From Candidatus Scalinduaceae bacterium (lineage in GTDB: Bacteria > Planctomycetota > Brocadiia > Brocadiales > Scalinduaceae): 64,000 nt of DNA. Shown piece by piece: positions 20,249 to 29,982 of the stretch. The translations under genes and the position numbers were made by a program. The stretch is taken from NCBI GenBank assembly GCA_046759445.1, contig JBHICG010000004.1, forward strand, positions 48,083-112,082. Direction: 5' to 3'. The stretch's first letter is position 1. Every line of letters starts with the position of its first letter. The notes beneath the pieces were generated by a model. It ran no database searches and was not told where the DNA came from. It saw nothing but the letters and a program-made list of their open reading frames with translations.

Positions 20249-22108
20249 ATGATAATAAATAAGAATAAAAGCCGCTTCATCTTTTACATTTTCTTGGCTT
20301 TAGTATTTTCTACCCTTTATTGGTTGTGCGAAGTAAGATATCGTGACCATTCCCCCGTTGACCCTCTGCCTAATTTACCCGATTACCTTTTGGATTTACC
20401 TTTACCCTTAGGACTTGATAAATTACTCCAGAATATGTGTGCGTTCTTGCACATACCAACTGGATTCCTGGAATTAACCATTAAAATGATATCTTCGTTT
20501 TGTCTGCGAATAGGTCTATTGATTCCGGCGGGACTTTTTTGGGGCTTGGTGATAAGCGACATGATTCCTTATTGTTCTTTAATTAAGGTTGGCAATTTTT
20601 TGAAAAATATTGGAGAAAAGAAACTCCTAATAGCTCTATTTTTAATAGTCTTAATCTTAACTAGTAGTATATCATCCTTTCTTTATCACCATGAAGTTCA
20701 TATTGCTGATTCAGTTAGTTATCTGTTCCAGGCTAAGATATTTGCCACAGGAAAGTTATATGCACAGGCGCCACCTTTGAAAGAATTCTTTGATTATGGT
20801 TACATTGCTATAGTGAATGATGGGGGAAAATGGTATGGCGCTACCTTTCTAGGCCACTCCTTTATGCTCTTATGGGGAGTATTACTAGGTATTCCGTGGG
20901 CGGTAGGCTCTCTTTTAGTTTCGATGTCTGTGGTCTTAATCTATCTGATAGGAAAGGAAATGTACGAAAGAGAGACAGGATTGTATGCTGCGTTATTTGC
21001 AATCTTGTCCCCCTTCCTCTTATTTATTTCTGCTACTTATATGTCTCATTCTTCCTCTCTTTTTTTTATCTCTTTATCTCTGTTTTTCTTTGTCAGGACA
21101 GTTAAATATGGTAAATGGTTTGACCCTTTACTCACAGGAATCTTTTTGGGCCTGGAGTTTAATATCAGACCGTTAATAAGTATCACGTTAGGTATTCCCT
21201 TGATGGTCTATTTTTTATACTCTTTTTTTAAGACCAGGATAATACATTTCAGGACGATTGTGCTATTTGTTCTGCCTTGTGTAATTTTTGTAGGAATATT
21301 TCTTTTCAATAATTACGTAGTAACTGGAGATTTCCTTATCACCCCTTATGAAAAATATCGCCCCAATGCTCACTTCGGCTTTGGAGAGGATCTGCCTCAT
21401 GGCGGATATGATCCTATTAAGGGCCTTTTTCGGAACATGCTTAATCTGTACAATCTTAACGAGACTCTATTCGGTTGGCCAGGGCTTTCGCTTTTGTTTG
21501 TTTTGCTTTTCCTCTTATCCTCAAAGAATAAATGGGACTACATCCTTTTTGCGTTTTTGGCATTTACGATAATTGCTCATTATTTTCATTTTGCCCAGGA
21601 CACTCGAAGGTGGTATGGAACCTTACCCGCTTTATTACTACTAACTATAAAAGGGTTAAAAGCGACACCAACTCTAATTGAAAGAATTCCTTTTTTTAAC
21701 CGAATATCAAAAGAAAGAACAATATTCATTACGATCATTTTTGTATTTTTTCTATTTCTACAGAGCTTTATTCTGTACTTGCCCAGTATTGTAAAACAAT
21801 ATCGTAATAGCTTTTGGGATGCCGATAAGGTTCTTTTTAATTCTCTGAAGGAGCAAAATATAGATAACGCCCTTGTGTTCATGGATGTATCTAATACTAT
21901 ATACGATTTGGGTTTTTCAAGGATGTCCCCAGACTTAAAAGACAAAGTAATTTTTGCTCGAGACCTGGGTGATAAAAATGCTATGCTTATGCAACAATTT
22001 CCAAGAAGGAAATATTATCAATTAACCTTTGATGAAATAGATAGGAAGGCATATTTAATTCCATTATTTGATTCTAAACAATCTAAGACATTGGAGGAGA
22101 GACAATGA
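20249..22108 (+). CDS. GT39/PMT_2 membrane glycosyltransferase
   Basis: IADSVSYLFQAKIFA, SPF..FISATYMSH, NIRP, NYVVTGD, ARDLGDKN. Confidence 0.8.
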   Translation: MIINKNKSRFIFYIFLALVFSTLYWLCEVRYRDHSPVDPLPNLPDYLLDLPLPLGLDKLLQNMCAFLHIPTGFLELTIKMISSFCLRIGLLIPAGLFWGLVISDMIPYCSLIKVGNFLKNIGEKKLLIALFLIVLILTSSISSFLYHHEVHIADSVSYLFQAKIFATGKLYAQAPPLKEFFDYGYIAIVNDGGKWYGATFLGHSFMLLWGVLLGIPWAVGSLLVSMSVVLIYLIGKEMYERETGLYAALFAILSPFLLFISATYMSHSSSLFFISLSLFFFVRTVKYGKWFDPLLTGIFLGLEFNIRPLISITLGIPLMVYFLYSFFKTRIIHFRTIVLFVLPCVIFVGIFLFNNYVVTGDFLITPYEKYRPNAHFGFGEDLPHGGYDPIKGLFRNMLNLYNLNETLFGWPGLSLLFVLLFLLSSKNKWDYILFAFLAFTIIAHYFHFAQDTRRWYGTLPALLLLTIKGLKATPTLIERIPFFNRISKERTIFITIIFVFFLFLQSFILYLPSIVKQYRNSFWDADKVLFNSLKEQNIDNALVFMDVSNTIYDLGFSRMSPDLKDKVIFARDLGDKNAMLMQQFPRRKYYQLTFDEIDRKAYLIPLFDSKQSKTLEERQ

Positions 22109-22968
22109 GTATAGAATCTAAAGTTTCTGTCATTATACCAGTGTACAACGAAGAAGGCATAATCAGAGAAGCAATCAAATCGATTCAGCGCTTAAATAAA
22201 GGATATGAGATAATGGTTGTGGATGATGGTTCTATTGATGATACATTTCGTATAGCCGTTGATACCAGGGCAAAGGTCGTTCAACATCGCCAAAATAAAG
22301 GATATGGCGCTGCCCTGAAAACGGGGGCTAACAAGGCGACAAACGATATTCTTGTTTTTTTTGATGGCGATGGTCAACATAAACCTGAAGATATTGAAAG
22401 ATTATTACAATATATGCAGGATAGTGATCTTGTTATGGGGGCTAGAACGAACCTTAGCGAGATAAACCTAATCAGAATGCCGGGGAGATTTATCTTAAAA
22501 ATATTGGCAAATTATTTATCTGGAAATAGGGTTCCTGACGTAAATTCTGGACTTTTGGCCATTAAGAAGGAGCTATTTTTAAAATACATTCCTCTTCTAC
22601 CAGATGGATTCTCCTGTTCGACTACAATACTTTTGGCTATGCTTAATGGAAGATACAAGGTAGATTTTTGTCCTATTAAAATAGGAAAGAGGAAAGGGAA
22701 AAGTACGGTGAGACCTATAAGAGATGGATTTAATACAGTTATGTCCATGATTCGATTGATTGCTTTGTTTAATCCGTTGAGAATTTTTTTGCCGGTTTCA
22801 TTGTTTCTGTTAGCTGCAGGGATTACGTATGGATTATATAAATTTATTACTGTGAATTTTGGTCTTTCCGTGGGGTCTCTGTTACTTATTCTGTCCGGGG
22901 TGGTTGTATTCTTATTTGGAATTCTTTGTGATCAGATATCCTCACTCCGTCTTGAAAGATATAAATGA
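22105..22968 (+). CDS. GT2, DPM-synthase-like with two C-terminal TM helices
   Basis: IIPVYNEE, VVDDGSID, NKGYGAAL, FDGDGQH, DVNSG, LPDGFS; ATGA overlap with upstream gene. Confidence 0.85.
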   Translation: MSIESKVSVIIPVYNEEGIIREAIKSIQRLNKGYEIMVVDDGSIDDTFRIAVDTRAKVVQHRQNKGYGAALKTGANKATNDILVFFDGDGQHKPEDIERLLQYMQDSDLVMGARTNLSEINLIRMPGRFILKILANYLSGNRVPDVNSGLLAIKKELFLKYIPLLPDGFSCSTTILLAMLNGRYKVDFCPIKIGKRKGKSTVRPIRDGFNTVMSMIRLIALFNPLRIFLPVSLFLLAAGITYGLYKFITVNFGLSVGSLLLILSGVVVFLFGILCDQISSLRLERYK

Positions 22969-22973
22969 GTATC

Positions 22974-23364
22974 TAATTAGTTTCTGTTGCAGAAAACTGA
23001 AATGCCTAAAAAATGTCATTGGCAATTCTGCAACAGCAGAATTGCTTAGGTGATTCTACTCGCCGAGTAGAATCACACCTGAACCAAGTCCTGAATTAAA
23101 TTCAGAATAAATTTCAGAATCTATATATATGTATAGGAATTTCAAAGTTTGGTAGGAGCCAACTCCCGTTGGCGACAGAGGCTCGCACGCCGTTGTGTGG
23201 GGTCGCCGGTAATTCTATGAATTGCTTAGCTGTTCCACCTGGAACACCGTCGGGAGACGGCTCCTACCGCATAAAAATTAAAGTCGCCGAAGGCGCTAAT
23301 TTAATATCAATCCTGAATCAAGTTCAGGGTGACAATATAGTATATCCGCAACAGAAACTAATTA
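22974..23364. mobile_element. MITE/REP-like element, copy 2, expanded by nested palindromic insertions
   Basis: TAATTAGTTTCTGTTGCAGAAAACTGAAAT start and TCCGCAACAGAAACTAATTA end match copy 1; about 230 bp of extra internal sequence. Confidence 0.75.
23151..23268. repeat. GTAG-type REP doublet nested in the MITE
   Basis: GGTAGGAGCCAACTCCCGTTGGCGA ... CGTCGGGAGACGGCTCCTACC in inverted orientation; same REP at 59198. Confidence 0.7.
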
Positions 23365-23464
23365 CAAGTTAATCCATGACTTTGGCGATCAACCATTGAG
23401 TTTGATATTTGTAATGGATTGGAAAGGCATTCGACAGTCTTATTAGGAGGGATGGAACAATAGG

Positions 23465-25360
23465 ATGTGCGGAATTTGTGGAAGGCTTGATTTTAAAAAA
23501 GAAGTAAAAGCAAGCAACATTTCTAGTATGACACAAAGCCTGTTTCACCGAGGACCGGATGAAGAAGGTATTTATGTTGAGGGTAGAATTGGATTGGGTT
23601 GCAGGAGGTTGAGCATAATAGACCTTAAAGGAGGGCATCAACCTCTCAGTAATGAGGATAAGAATATTTGGGCCGTTTTCAATGGAGAGATTTACAATTT
23701 TAAAGAGGTAAAGGTTTATCTGGAAAAGCAAGGTCATGTTTTTAAAACAAGATGTGATACGGAAGTAATAGTACATTCCTACGAAGAATGGGGAACAAAT
23801 TTTGTGATACACCTCAATGGAATGTTTGCCATTGCGCTCTGGGACAGCAGGCAAAAGAAACTGGTACTGGTGCGTGATAGGGTGGGAATTAAACCTCTGT
23901 ATTATGCGATTTCTGAAGATGGGATTACATTTGGATCTGAATTAAAGGCAGTTTTGAATGATCCCATGGTTCAAGTTGATTTAGATTCCAAGGCAGTGCA
24001 CTATTTTTTCGCCTTGAATTACATTCCTGCGCCATTAACCATTTACAAGCAGGTTAAGAAGTTGAATCCGGGGGAAATGCTTATTTGTGATAGAGACCAC
24101 GTCAGTACGAAGTGTTATTGGGATTTACCCAGAGAATCTGAGGAAGAGAATTCTCTTGGTTTCTATTCCAAAAAGACATATGAAGGGCTTTTAGAATCGG
24201 TAGGGTTGAGGTTGATGAGCGATGTGCCCATGGGGATTTTCCTTAGTGGAGGAGTTGATTCTTCCATAATCTGTGCGCTTTATTCACAAATTACCCAGCA
24301 GAAAATTAAAACTTTTTCTGTAGGGTTTAAAGAGTCTTCATATAATGAACTCGACAAGGCCCGGTTGGTTGCTGAGAGATTTAATACTGATCACTATGAA
24401 TTGATTATTACTCCAAAGATTGATGATATACTTCCAAAACTGGTTCGGTGTTTTGATGAGCCCTTTGCCGATTCCTCTGCTATTCCACTGTATTATGTTT
24501 CTACATTGGCCAGTGAATATGTAAAAGTTGTCCTTACCGGGGACGGGGCCGACGAGATATTTGGAGGATATGAAACCTATGTAGCGAATAACCTGATTAA
24601 TTTATACAAAAAGATACCACCGTTTGTAAGAAAAGGGATTATTGCCAAATTGTCATATGCGTTGCCAGTGTGTCACTCTAAGATTAGCTTGGATTATAAA
24701 ATAAAGAGATTTATAGCTGGAGCCGAACTTTCACCCATTCATGCACATGCCTTTTGGAGAACTATATTTTCTCTTGAGGAACAGAGTAAAATGTTTTCGG
24801 CATCCTTCCAGAGGAATATTTCTGAAACCAATTATTTTGAGGATTACGAGGACCATTTTACATTAGGAAAGGAATTTGATTTCCTGAATAGATATATGTA
24901 TGTGGATGTAAAATTGTATTTGCCCAACGATATGCTTGTAAAGGTAGATAGGGTGACTATGGCAAACTCCATTGAAGCTCGGGTTCCGTTTTTAGACCAC
25001 AATTTGATTGAAATGGCCTTCAAAATGCCATCAAAATATAAAATTAATTATTTTTCGAAAAAGTATATCCTTAAAAAGGCTTTTTCAGGGATCTTATGTA
25101 AAAAGCTTCTTTTTCAGAAAAAACAAGGTTTTAATGTACCAATACCTATGTGGATCAACAATGAACTTAAGGAACTAATTCGGGACAATTTATTTTCAAA
25201 GAAGATGATGGAATCTGGCATATTTGAGCGCCATTTCTTGAGAAAAATAGTGGATGAACACGCCAAAAGGATTTTTAATCATAGCCACAAGATCTGGGGT
25301 CTTTTGATGTTCTCTCTCTGGTTTGATAACTATAAGCAGTTAAAAAGCCAAAATTTGTAA
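23465..25360 (+). CDS. asnB: Asparagine synthase-like glutamine-hydrolysing amidotransferase (probably glycan amidation)
   Basis: MCGICG N-terminus, HRGPD, RRLSIID..GGHQP, FNGEIYN, LSGGVDSS, GDGADEIFGGY, EARVPFLD. Confidence 0.92.
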   Translation: MCGICGRLDFKKEVKASNISSMTQSLFHRGPDEEGIYVEGRIGLGCRRLSIIDLKGGHQPLSNEDKNIWAVFNGEIYNFKEVKVYLEKQGHVFKTRCDTEVIVHSYEEWGTNFVIHLNGMFAIALWDSRQKKLVLVRDRVGIKPLYYAISEDGITFGSELKAVLNDPMVQVDLDSKAVHYFFALNYIPAPLTIYKQVKKLNPGEMLICDRDHVSTKCYWDLPRESEEENSLGFYSKKTYEGLLESVGLRLMSDVPMGIFLSGGVDSSIICALYSQITQQKIKTFSVGFKESSYNELDKARLVAERFNTDHYELIITPKIDDILPKLVRCFDEPFADSSAIPLYYVSTLASEYVKVVLTGDGADEIFGGYETYVANNLINLYKKIPPFVRKGIIAKLSYALPVCHSKISLDYKIKRFIAGAELSPIHAHAFWRTIFSLEEQSKMFSASFQRNISETNYFEDYEDHFTLGKEFDFLNRYMYVDVKLYLPNDMLVKVDRVTMANSIEARVPFLDHNLIEMAFKMPSKYKINYFSKKYILKKAFSGILCKKLLFQKKQGFNVPIPMWINNELKELIRDNLFSKKMMESGIFERHFLRKIVDEHAKRIFNHSHKIWGLLMFSLWFDNYKQLKSQNL

Positions 25361-25387
25361 AGATGATACTAAAAAAGTAATATTTAC

Positions 25388-26800
25388 ATGGTTAAAATGA
25401 AAAAGGTTCTTCTTCTTAATCCTCCTGGAGATGATCTGCATCAAAGAGATGGATACTGCAGCGTAATTTCCAAAGCCAATTACTATTTTCCGCCTCTAGA
25501 CCTTTTAGTATTGAGCGGATGGCTCTACTTAAGATTTGAGGTGGTGGTATTGGATGCCATTGTTTGTAAGACGGATAGAAAAGAGTGTTTGTGTCAGATA
25601 GATAAAATTAAGTACGATGCAATAATTTTTTTGACCGGAACATCTTCATATCAAGAGGACTTTGATTTCATGGGGGAGGTTAAAGACAGAAATCCAAAGA
25701 CTCTATTACTGGCCAGCGGTGGGTTTTTGTTGTTCGAGGGAAGGAAAGTAATGGAGGAGAATTTGTGGTTGGACGGTATCATATTGGACTTTACTAATGA
25801 TGATACTGTAAGGTATCTTTCTCACGATCTGCAGGGACTGAGAAATTTTATTTATCGTAATGGCCATACAATTGTTGAAAAGAGAACAAAGGTTGCTGAC
25901 GAGGTAAAGTATCCTTTACCTCGTCACGAACTTTTTCCGCTGAATGAATATCGCATGCCTCACGGACGATTCTCACGATTTACCAGGATAATTTCCAGCT
26001 GGGGATGTCCTTTTAAGTGTACTTTTTGTGTTTACAGTTCGGTGAAGTTCAGGATTCGTAGTGTTTCAGATATCATTCAAGAGATGAGGCACATTTCATC
26101 GTTAGGGATAAAGAGCGTTTACTTTATGGATCCGACATTTACGGCGGATATAGTACATGCCCGAGAATTATGTCGGAGGATGATAGAAGATGGAATAGAA
26201 CTGAGTTGGGTATGTGAGACCCGAGTGGATAGAGTGGACAAAGATCTTTTGGGTTTAATGAAAAGGGCGGGGTGTTATACAATCCAATTTGGAATAGAGA
26301 GTTCTAACTTAGAATTGTTACAGGATCACCGCAAGGCAATATCTCACGAGCAAACCAGGAAGGTATTTGCATTGTGTAAGGAATTGCAGATAAGAACCTT
26401 GGGACATTTTATACTGGGACTTCCTGATGATACTGAGGAGTCTATCAAGGACACAATAAGATTTGCTATAGAATTAGACTGCGACTATGCAGCTTTTAAT
26501 ATTGCAGCTCCAATTATCGGAACAAGAATGAGGGAAGAAGCTATAGCAAGTGGGTTCACGTCTGCCGAATTAACTCAATTGGATAGTTCCCACAGCTACC
26601 CCTTGCTGGAAACAAATAAATTATCACGGGAAAGATTATGGCAATTGCGTAATTATGCCATTAGACGTTTTCATCTCAGGCCTTACTATCTGTTTAAGAG
26701 AACAATTAATATAGAGTCTTTTTTTGAACTTGAAAATTTGTTAAGGCTGGGAACTTCCTTGTTGAAATCGACATTAAAGACTAGGGTGAAGGATGGATAA
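25388..26800 (+). CDS. B12-binding-type radical SAM protein (HpnJ-like N-terminus)
   Basis: LLLNPP...RDGYCS..SKANYYFPPLDL, SWGCPFKCTFC, DPTF, GIES, HFILGLP. Confidence 0.87.
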   Translation: MVKMKKVLLLNPPGDDLHQRDGYCSVISKANYYFPPLDLLVLSGWLYLRFEVVVLDAIVCKTDRKECLCQIDKIKYDAIIFLTGTSSYQEDFDFMGEVKDRNPKTLLLASGGFLLFEGRKVMEENLWLDGIILDFTNDDTVRYLSHDLQGLRNFIYRNGHTIVEKRTKVADEVKYPLPRHELFPLNEYRMPHGRFSRFTRIISSWGCPFKCTFCVYSSVKFRIRSVSDIIQEMRHISSLGIKSVYFMDPTFTADIVHARELCRRMIEDGIELSWVCETRVDRVDKDLLGLMKRAGCYTIQFGIESSNLELLQDHRKAISHEQTRKVFALCKELQIRTLGHFILGLPDDTEESIKDTIRFAIELDCDYAAFNIAAPIIGTRMREEAIASGFTSAELTQLDSSHSYPLLETNKLSRERLWQLRNYAIRRFHLRPYYLFKRTINIESFFELENLLRLGTSLLKSTLKTRVKDG

Positions 26801-28524
26801 TGCATAACTGGAGACTAAATAGATATGAGATTTATATTCTGTGTATTATTATCATGCTTGCTTTGTTTCTTAGGGTAATGGGGATATGGTGGGGAGTACC
26901 CAGTAGCGAGAAAGCTAGTTTTTTTTACCAGTATCCCGCATCAGAGGCATACAATATTCCTGAGATTGGTGAGGCATTACATTCCTATCATGCAGATGAG
27001 CCAAAGATTCTACAGGCAATTTCTAATATGAATCCATCAGAATTTGACCTCAACCCCCACTTATTTATTTATCCAACTTTGTATATTTACATGGTTGCTG
27101 GCGCTTTGGAGGTGGCATCAATTTTCAACATGATTGTTTTGAATCCCTTAAAGGAATTTTATTTTCTTTACCCTGATCAGATGGGGAAGTTCTATTTAAT
27201 TGGACGGATAGTAACCGTTATTTTGGGCCTTTTAACCGTATATATAACCTATATTATTGGTAAACGAATGTATAATAAATGGGTTGGAATTATTGCTGGG
27301 CTGATTTTGGCGTTATTGCCCTTGCATGTTGTTCATTCCAAATATATGTCAGTAGATGTCCCTACTACCTTTTGGATTGTTCTATCTGTTCTGTGTGCCA
27401 TTAGAATAGAAGGTTCTAGAGGCTACAAATGGTACATTCTTTCAGGTCTCACAGCAGGTCTGGCTACCGCCACTAAGTATTATGCTATTCTAGTGGTGAT
27501 AAGTATATTTATGGCCCATTACTTGAACTCTCATAATGGTCTAGATAACAAATGTTTTTTTAAGGTTTTTAGAAATAATAGGATCGCTATTGTTTGTATC
27601 ATGACGATAGCAGGGTTCTTTATAGGGTCTCCCTATGTTTTTTTGTCTCCCACTGAATTCTACTCAGGTGCTATTTTACACCATATTGATTCCATAGTCG
27701 GTGGGGAAGAAAATTACGATATGATTTATGGCCACTTTAAGTACCCCTTTTTATTTCATGTCTATGCCTCTTTATTTATTGGTATGGGACCTTTCTTATG
27801 GTTTCTTGCGCTGGCGGGAGTGGCCTATAGTCTTATCAGACATAAAAAGTCTGATCTGATTATATTTTCTTTTATAATTCCTTATTATCTGATGATAGGG
27901 ATTTCTTTTCTACGCCCTATGAGATATTCTATTCCCCTGTTGCCATTTATGGCCATTGTCTCTGCCAGATTGATCTTCGATATCTATCAATCAATGGATG
28001 TGGTTTCGTGGAAAAAGATAGTAAGGGGAGCCTACATTTCATTTATGGGACTTATCATGGCATATACCTTAATGGATTCCTTAGCTTATGGCCTGATGAT
28101 GTCGCAAAAAGATAATAGAGATAAGGCTGCCAAATGGATAATTGAAAATGTTGATAAGAGAAGCACTATCGGTATTACTAGAGCGCAAGGTTTTTTTTCA
28201 GTGCCTCTTAATCCCAATTCCTATCAGATAAAGGTCATTGGTTTTGACAGGCAATTGTTTAAGAAAGTAGAACCTGATTATTTTGTTATGAGTGAATTTG
28301 AATATCGTGAATTCCTGAGACTTCGCACCAAATATCCTAAAAAGGCAGAATTTATCGACCAGTTGGTCTCTGGGAAATTTCAATTTAATGATTTCAAGTA
28401 TGATACAATCTGGTTTGAGAGTAGGCCCAAGATATCAGGATTGGATTTTGGGCATAGATATCCTCCCCATGACTGGTTGTATCCATTCCCCAAGGTTGTA
28501 ATATTAAAGAAGGAAAGGTTGTAA
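26800..28524 (+). CDS. GT39/PMT membrane glycosyltransferase
   Basis: SYHADEP, NPHLFIYPTL, GR, HSKYMSVD, ATKY, RY.IPL; 1-bp overlap (TAATG) with radical SAM gene. Confidence 0.85.
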   Translation: MHNWRLNRYEIYILCIIIMLALFLRVMGIWWGVPSSEKASFFYQYPASEAYNIPEIGEALHSYHADEPKILQAISNMNPSEFDLNPHLFIYPTLYIYMVAGALEVASIFNMIVLNPLKEFYFLYPDQMGKFYLIGRIVTVILGLLTVYITYIIGKRMYNKWVGIIAGLILALLPLHVVHSKYMSVDVPTTFWIVLSVLCAIRIEGSRGYKWYILSGLTAGLATATKYYAILVVISIFMAHYLNSHNGLDNKCFFKVFRNNRIAIVCIMTIAGFFIGSPYVFLSPTEFYSGAILHHIDSIVGGEENYDMIYGHFKYPFLFHVYASLFIGMGPFLWFLALAGVAYSLIRHKKSDLIIFSFIIPYYLMIGISFLRPMRYSIPLLPFMAIVSARLIFDIYQSMDVVSWKKIVRGAYISFMGLIMAYTLMDSLAYGLMMSQKDNRDKAAKWIIENVDKRSTIGITRAQGFFSVPLNPNSYQIKVIGFDRQLFKKVEPDYFVMSEFEYREFLRLRTKYPKKAEFIDQLVSGKFQFNDFKYDTIWFESRPKISGLDFGHRYPPHDWLYPFPKVVILKKERL

Positions 28525-28621
28525 GATTATATCCTTTTTAGTTAGTTCTATTTTTAAGTGAGAGTAAATGTCAATTATGAAAATCGAAATTACTATAACT
28601 TAGACGTTAGGAACATAAGTC

Positions 28622-29788
28622 TTGAAGAAAATCAACGTCTTGCATTTTAGAAATTGCCGAGGCATAAACACCTTAACCGGCCCCGAGACCTATCTCCTGG
28701 ATCTATTAAGTGGTATCAATGCGGATATTTTTAACGTCGTAATTGCTTGCATTATAGATCCGAAAAATCAAAGGCAATTATTTATAGAAGAGTTGCAAAA
28801 GAGGAAAATACATTTTGAACTAATCAAGATTAAAAACAAATTAGATATAAAAGATTTCTTCCTCGTAAGTAAAATGATAAAAAGGTATAATATAGATTTT
28901 ATTCATACTCATGATTCTCGTTCAGACGTGATAGGAGTTTTGGTAAGTAAGATGAATCGTATTGCCATGATTTCTTTTGCTCACGGGTGGCTTAACTGGA
29001 CATCTTCCTTGTCCAAAGAGAGATTATATGCCTATTTAGAGGCTTTGGCGGTATCACTATCAGATGGAATTGTGGTTGCCTCAAATGATATGCAACAGGA
29101 CTTATTAATCAAAGGAATCCCAAAAAGAAAGATATTCCATATTCCATACGGAATCGACACCAGAAAATTTAATATAAACACTGAGGGAAGCTATTTTAGA
29201 GAGGAGTTTGATATTCCCATTGACATCCCCTTAATCGGAACGGTAGGAAGGATTCATCCATGGAAGGGACACAGGTATTTTTTAGAAGCAGCCAAGATTG
29301 TGAGTGGGAAATATACAGAAGCAATGTTTTTAATAGTAGGGGATGCGGCCTTTGATCGACATAGAAAGTATAAGCAGGAATTATTGGAGCTTGTGCAAGC
29401 CATGAACATAAAAGAGAAAGTAATCTTTACAGGAAGTCGAAGCGACGTTACTCAGATAATGAAGTCTATGGATCTGTTTGTCTTGCCATCACTGCGTGAG
29501 CCTTTTGGGATAGTTATCTTAGAGGCCCAGGCCTGTGGTAAGCCGGTTATCGCAACCTCTGTAGGTGGTATTCCGGAGGTCATAAAGGATGGCGATACTG
29601 GGATTCTTGTAAAACCGAAAGACAGTGATGGATTAGCCGATGCAATAATTACTCTCTTGGGCGATCGTGAGAAAATGCGAAAGATGGGATTATCAGGTAG
29701 AGAGAGGGTAGAAGCTCTGTTTTCTACAGATCGTATGGTGAAGGAAACCGAAGAGTTATACAGAGCAATCTGGAAGAATAGCAAATAA
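28622..29788 (+). CDS. GT4 glycosyltransferase
   Basis: IHTH, VGRIHPWKG, DLFVLPSLREPFGIVILEAQACGKPVIATSVGGIPE (EX7E). Confidence 0.92.
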   Translation: MKKINVLHFRNCRGINTLTGPETYLLDLLSGINADIFNVVIACIIDPKNQRQLFIEELQKRKIHFELIKIKNKLDIKDFFLVSKMIKRYNIDFIHTHDSRSDVIGVLVSKMNRIAMISFAHGWLNWTSSLSKERLYAYLEALAVSLSDGIVVASNDMQQDLLIKGIPKRKIFHIPYGIDTRKFNINTEGSYFREEFDIPIDIPLIGTVGRIHPWKGHRYFLEAAKIVSGKYTEAMFLIVGDAAFDRHRKYKQELLELVQAMNIKEKVIFTGSRSDVTQIMKSMDLFVLPSLREPFGIVILEAQACGKPVIATSVGGIPEVIKDGDTGILVKPKDSDGLADAIITLLGDREKMRKMGLSGRERVEALFSTDRMVKETEELYRAIWKNSK

Positions 29789-29982
29789 ATAAAATCCCAA
29801 GCTCAAAGAAGAAGTGCAACACATGGGATAATAACGTGCCCTATGTGTATGAAAGTAAAGAATAAATATAAACAACTCTCAAACGAAGATAGAGACTAAA
29901 TAGCTGTTCTCCGCTCTCAAGGAAAATCTATAAAGTTTTTCTTTGTGAATTTAGTAATTTAACTATTGAAAAGAATTTTCTA

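Noticed and set aside
23169..23372. 67-aa ORF, and the 22859-23053 and 9429-9731 ORFs
   Set aside because: They lie within or across palindromic repeat elements or overlap real genes; no protein features
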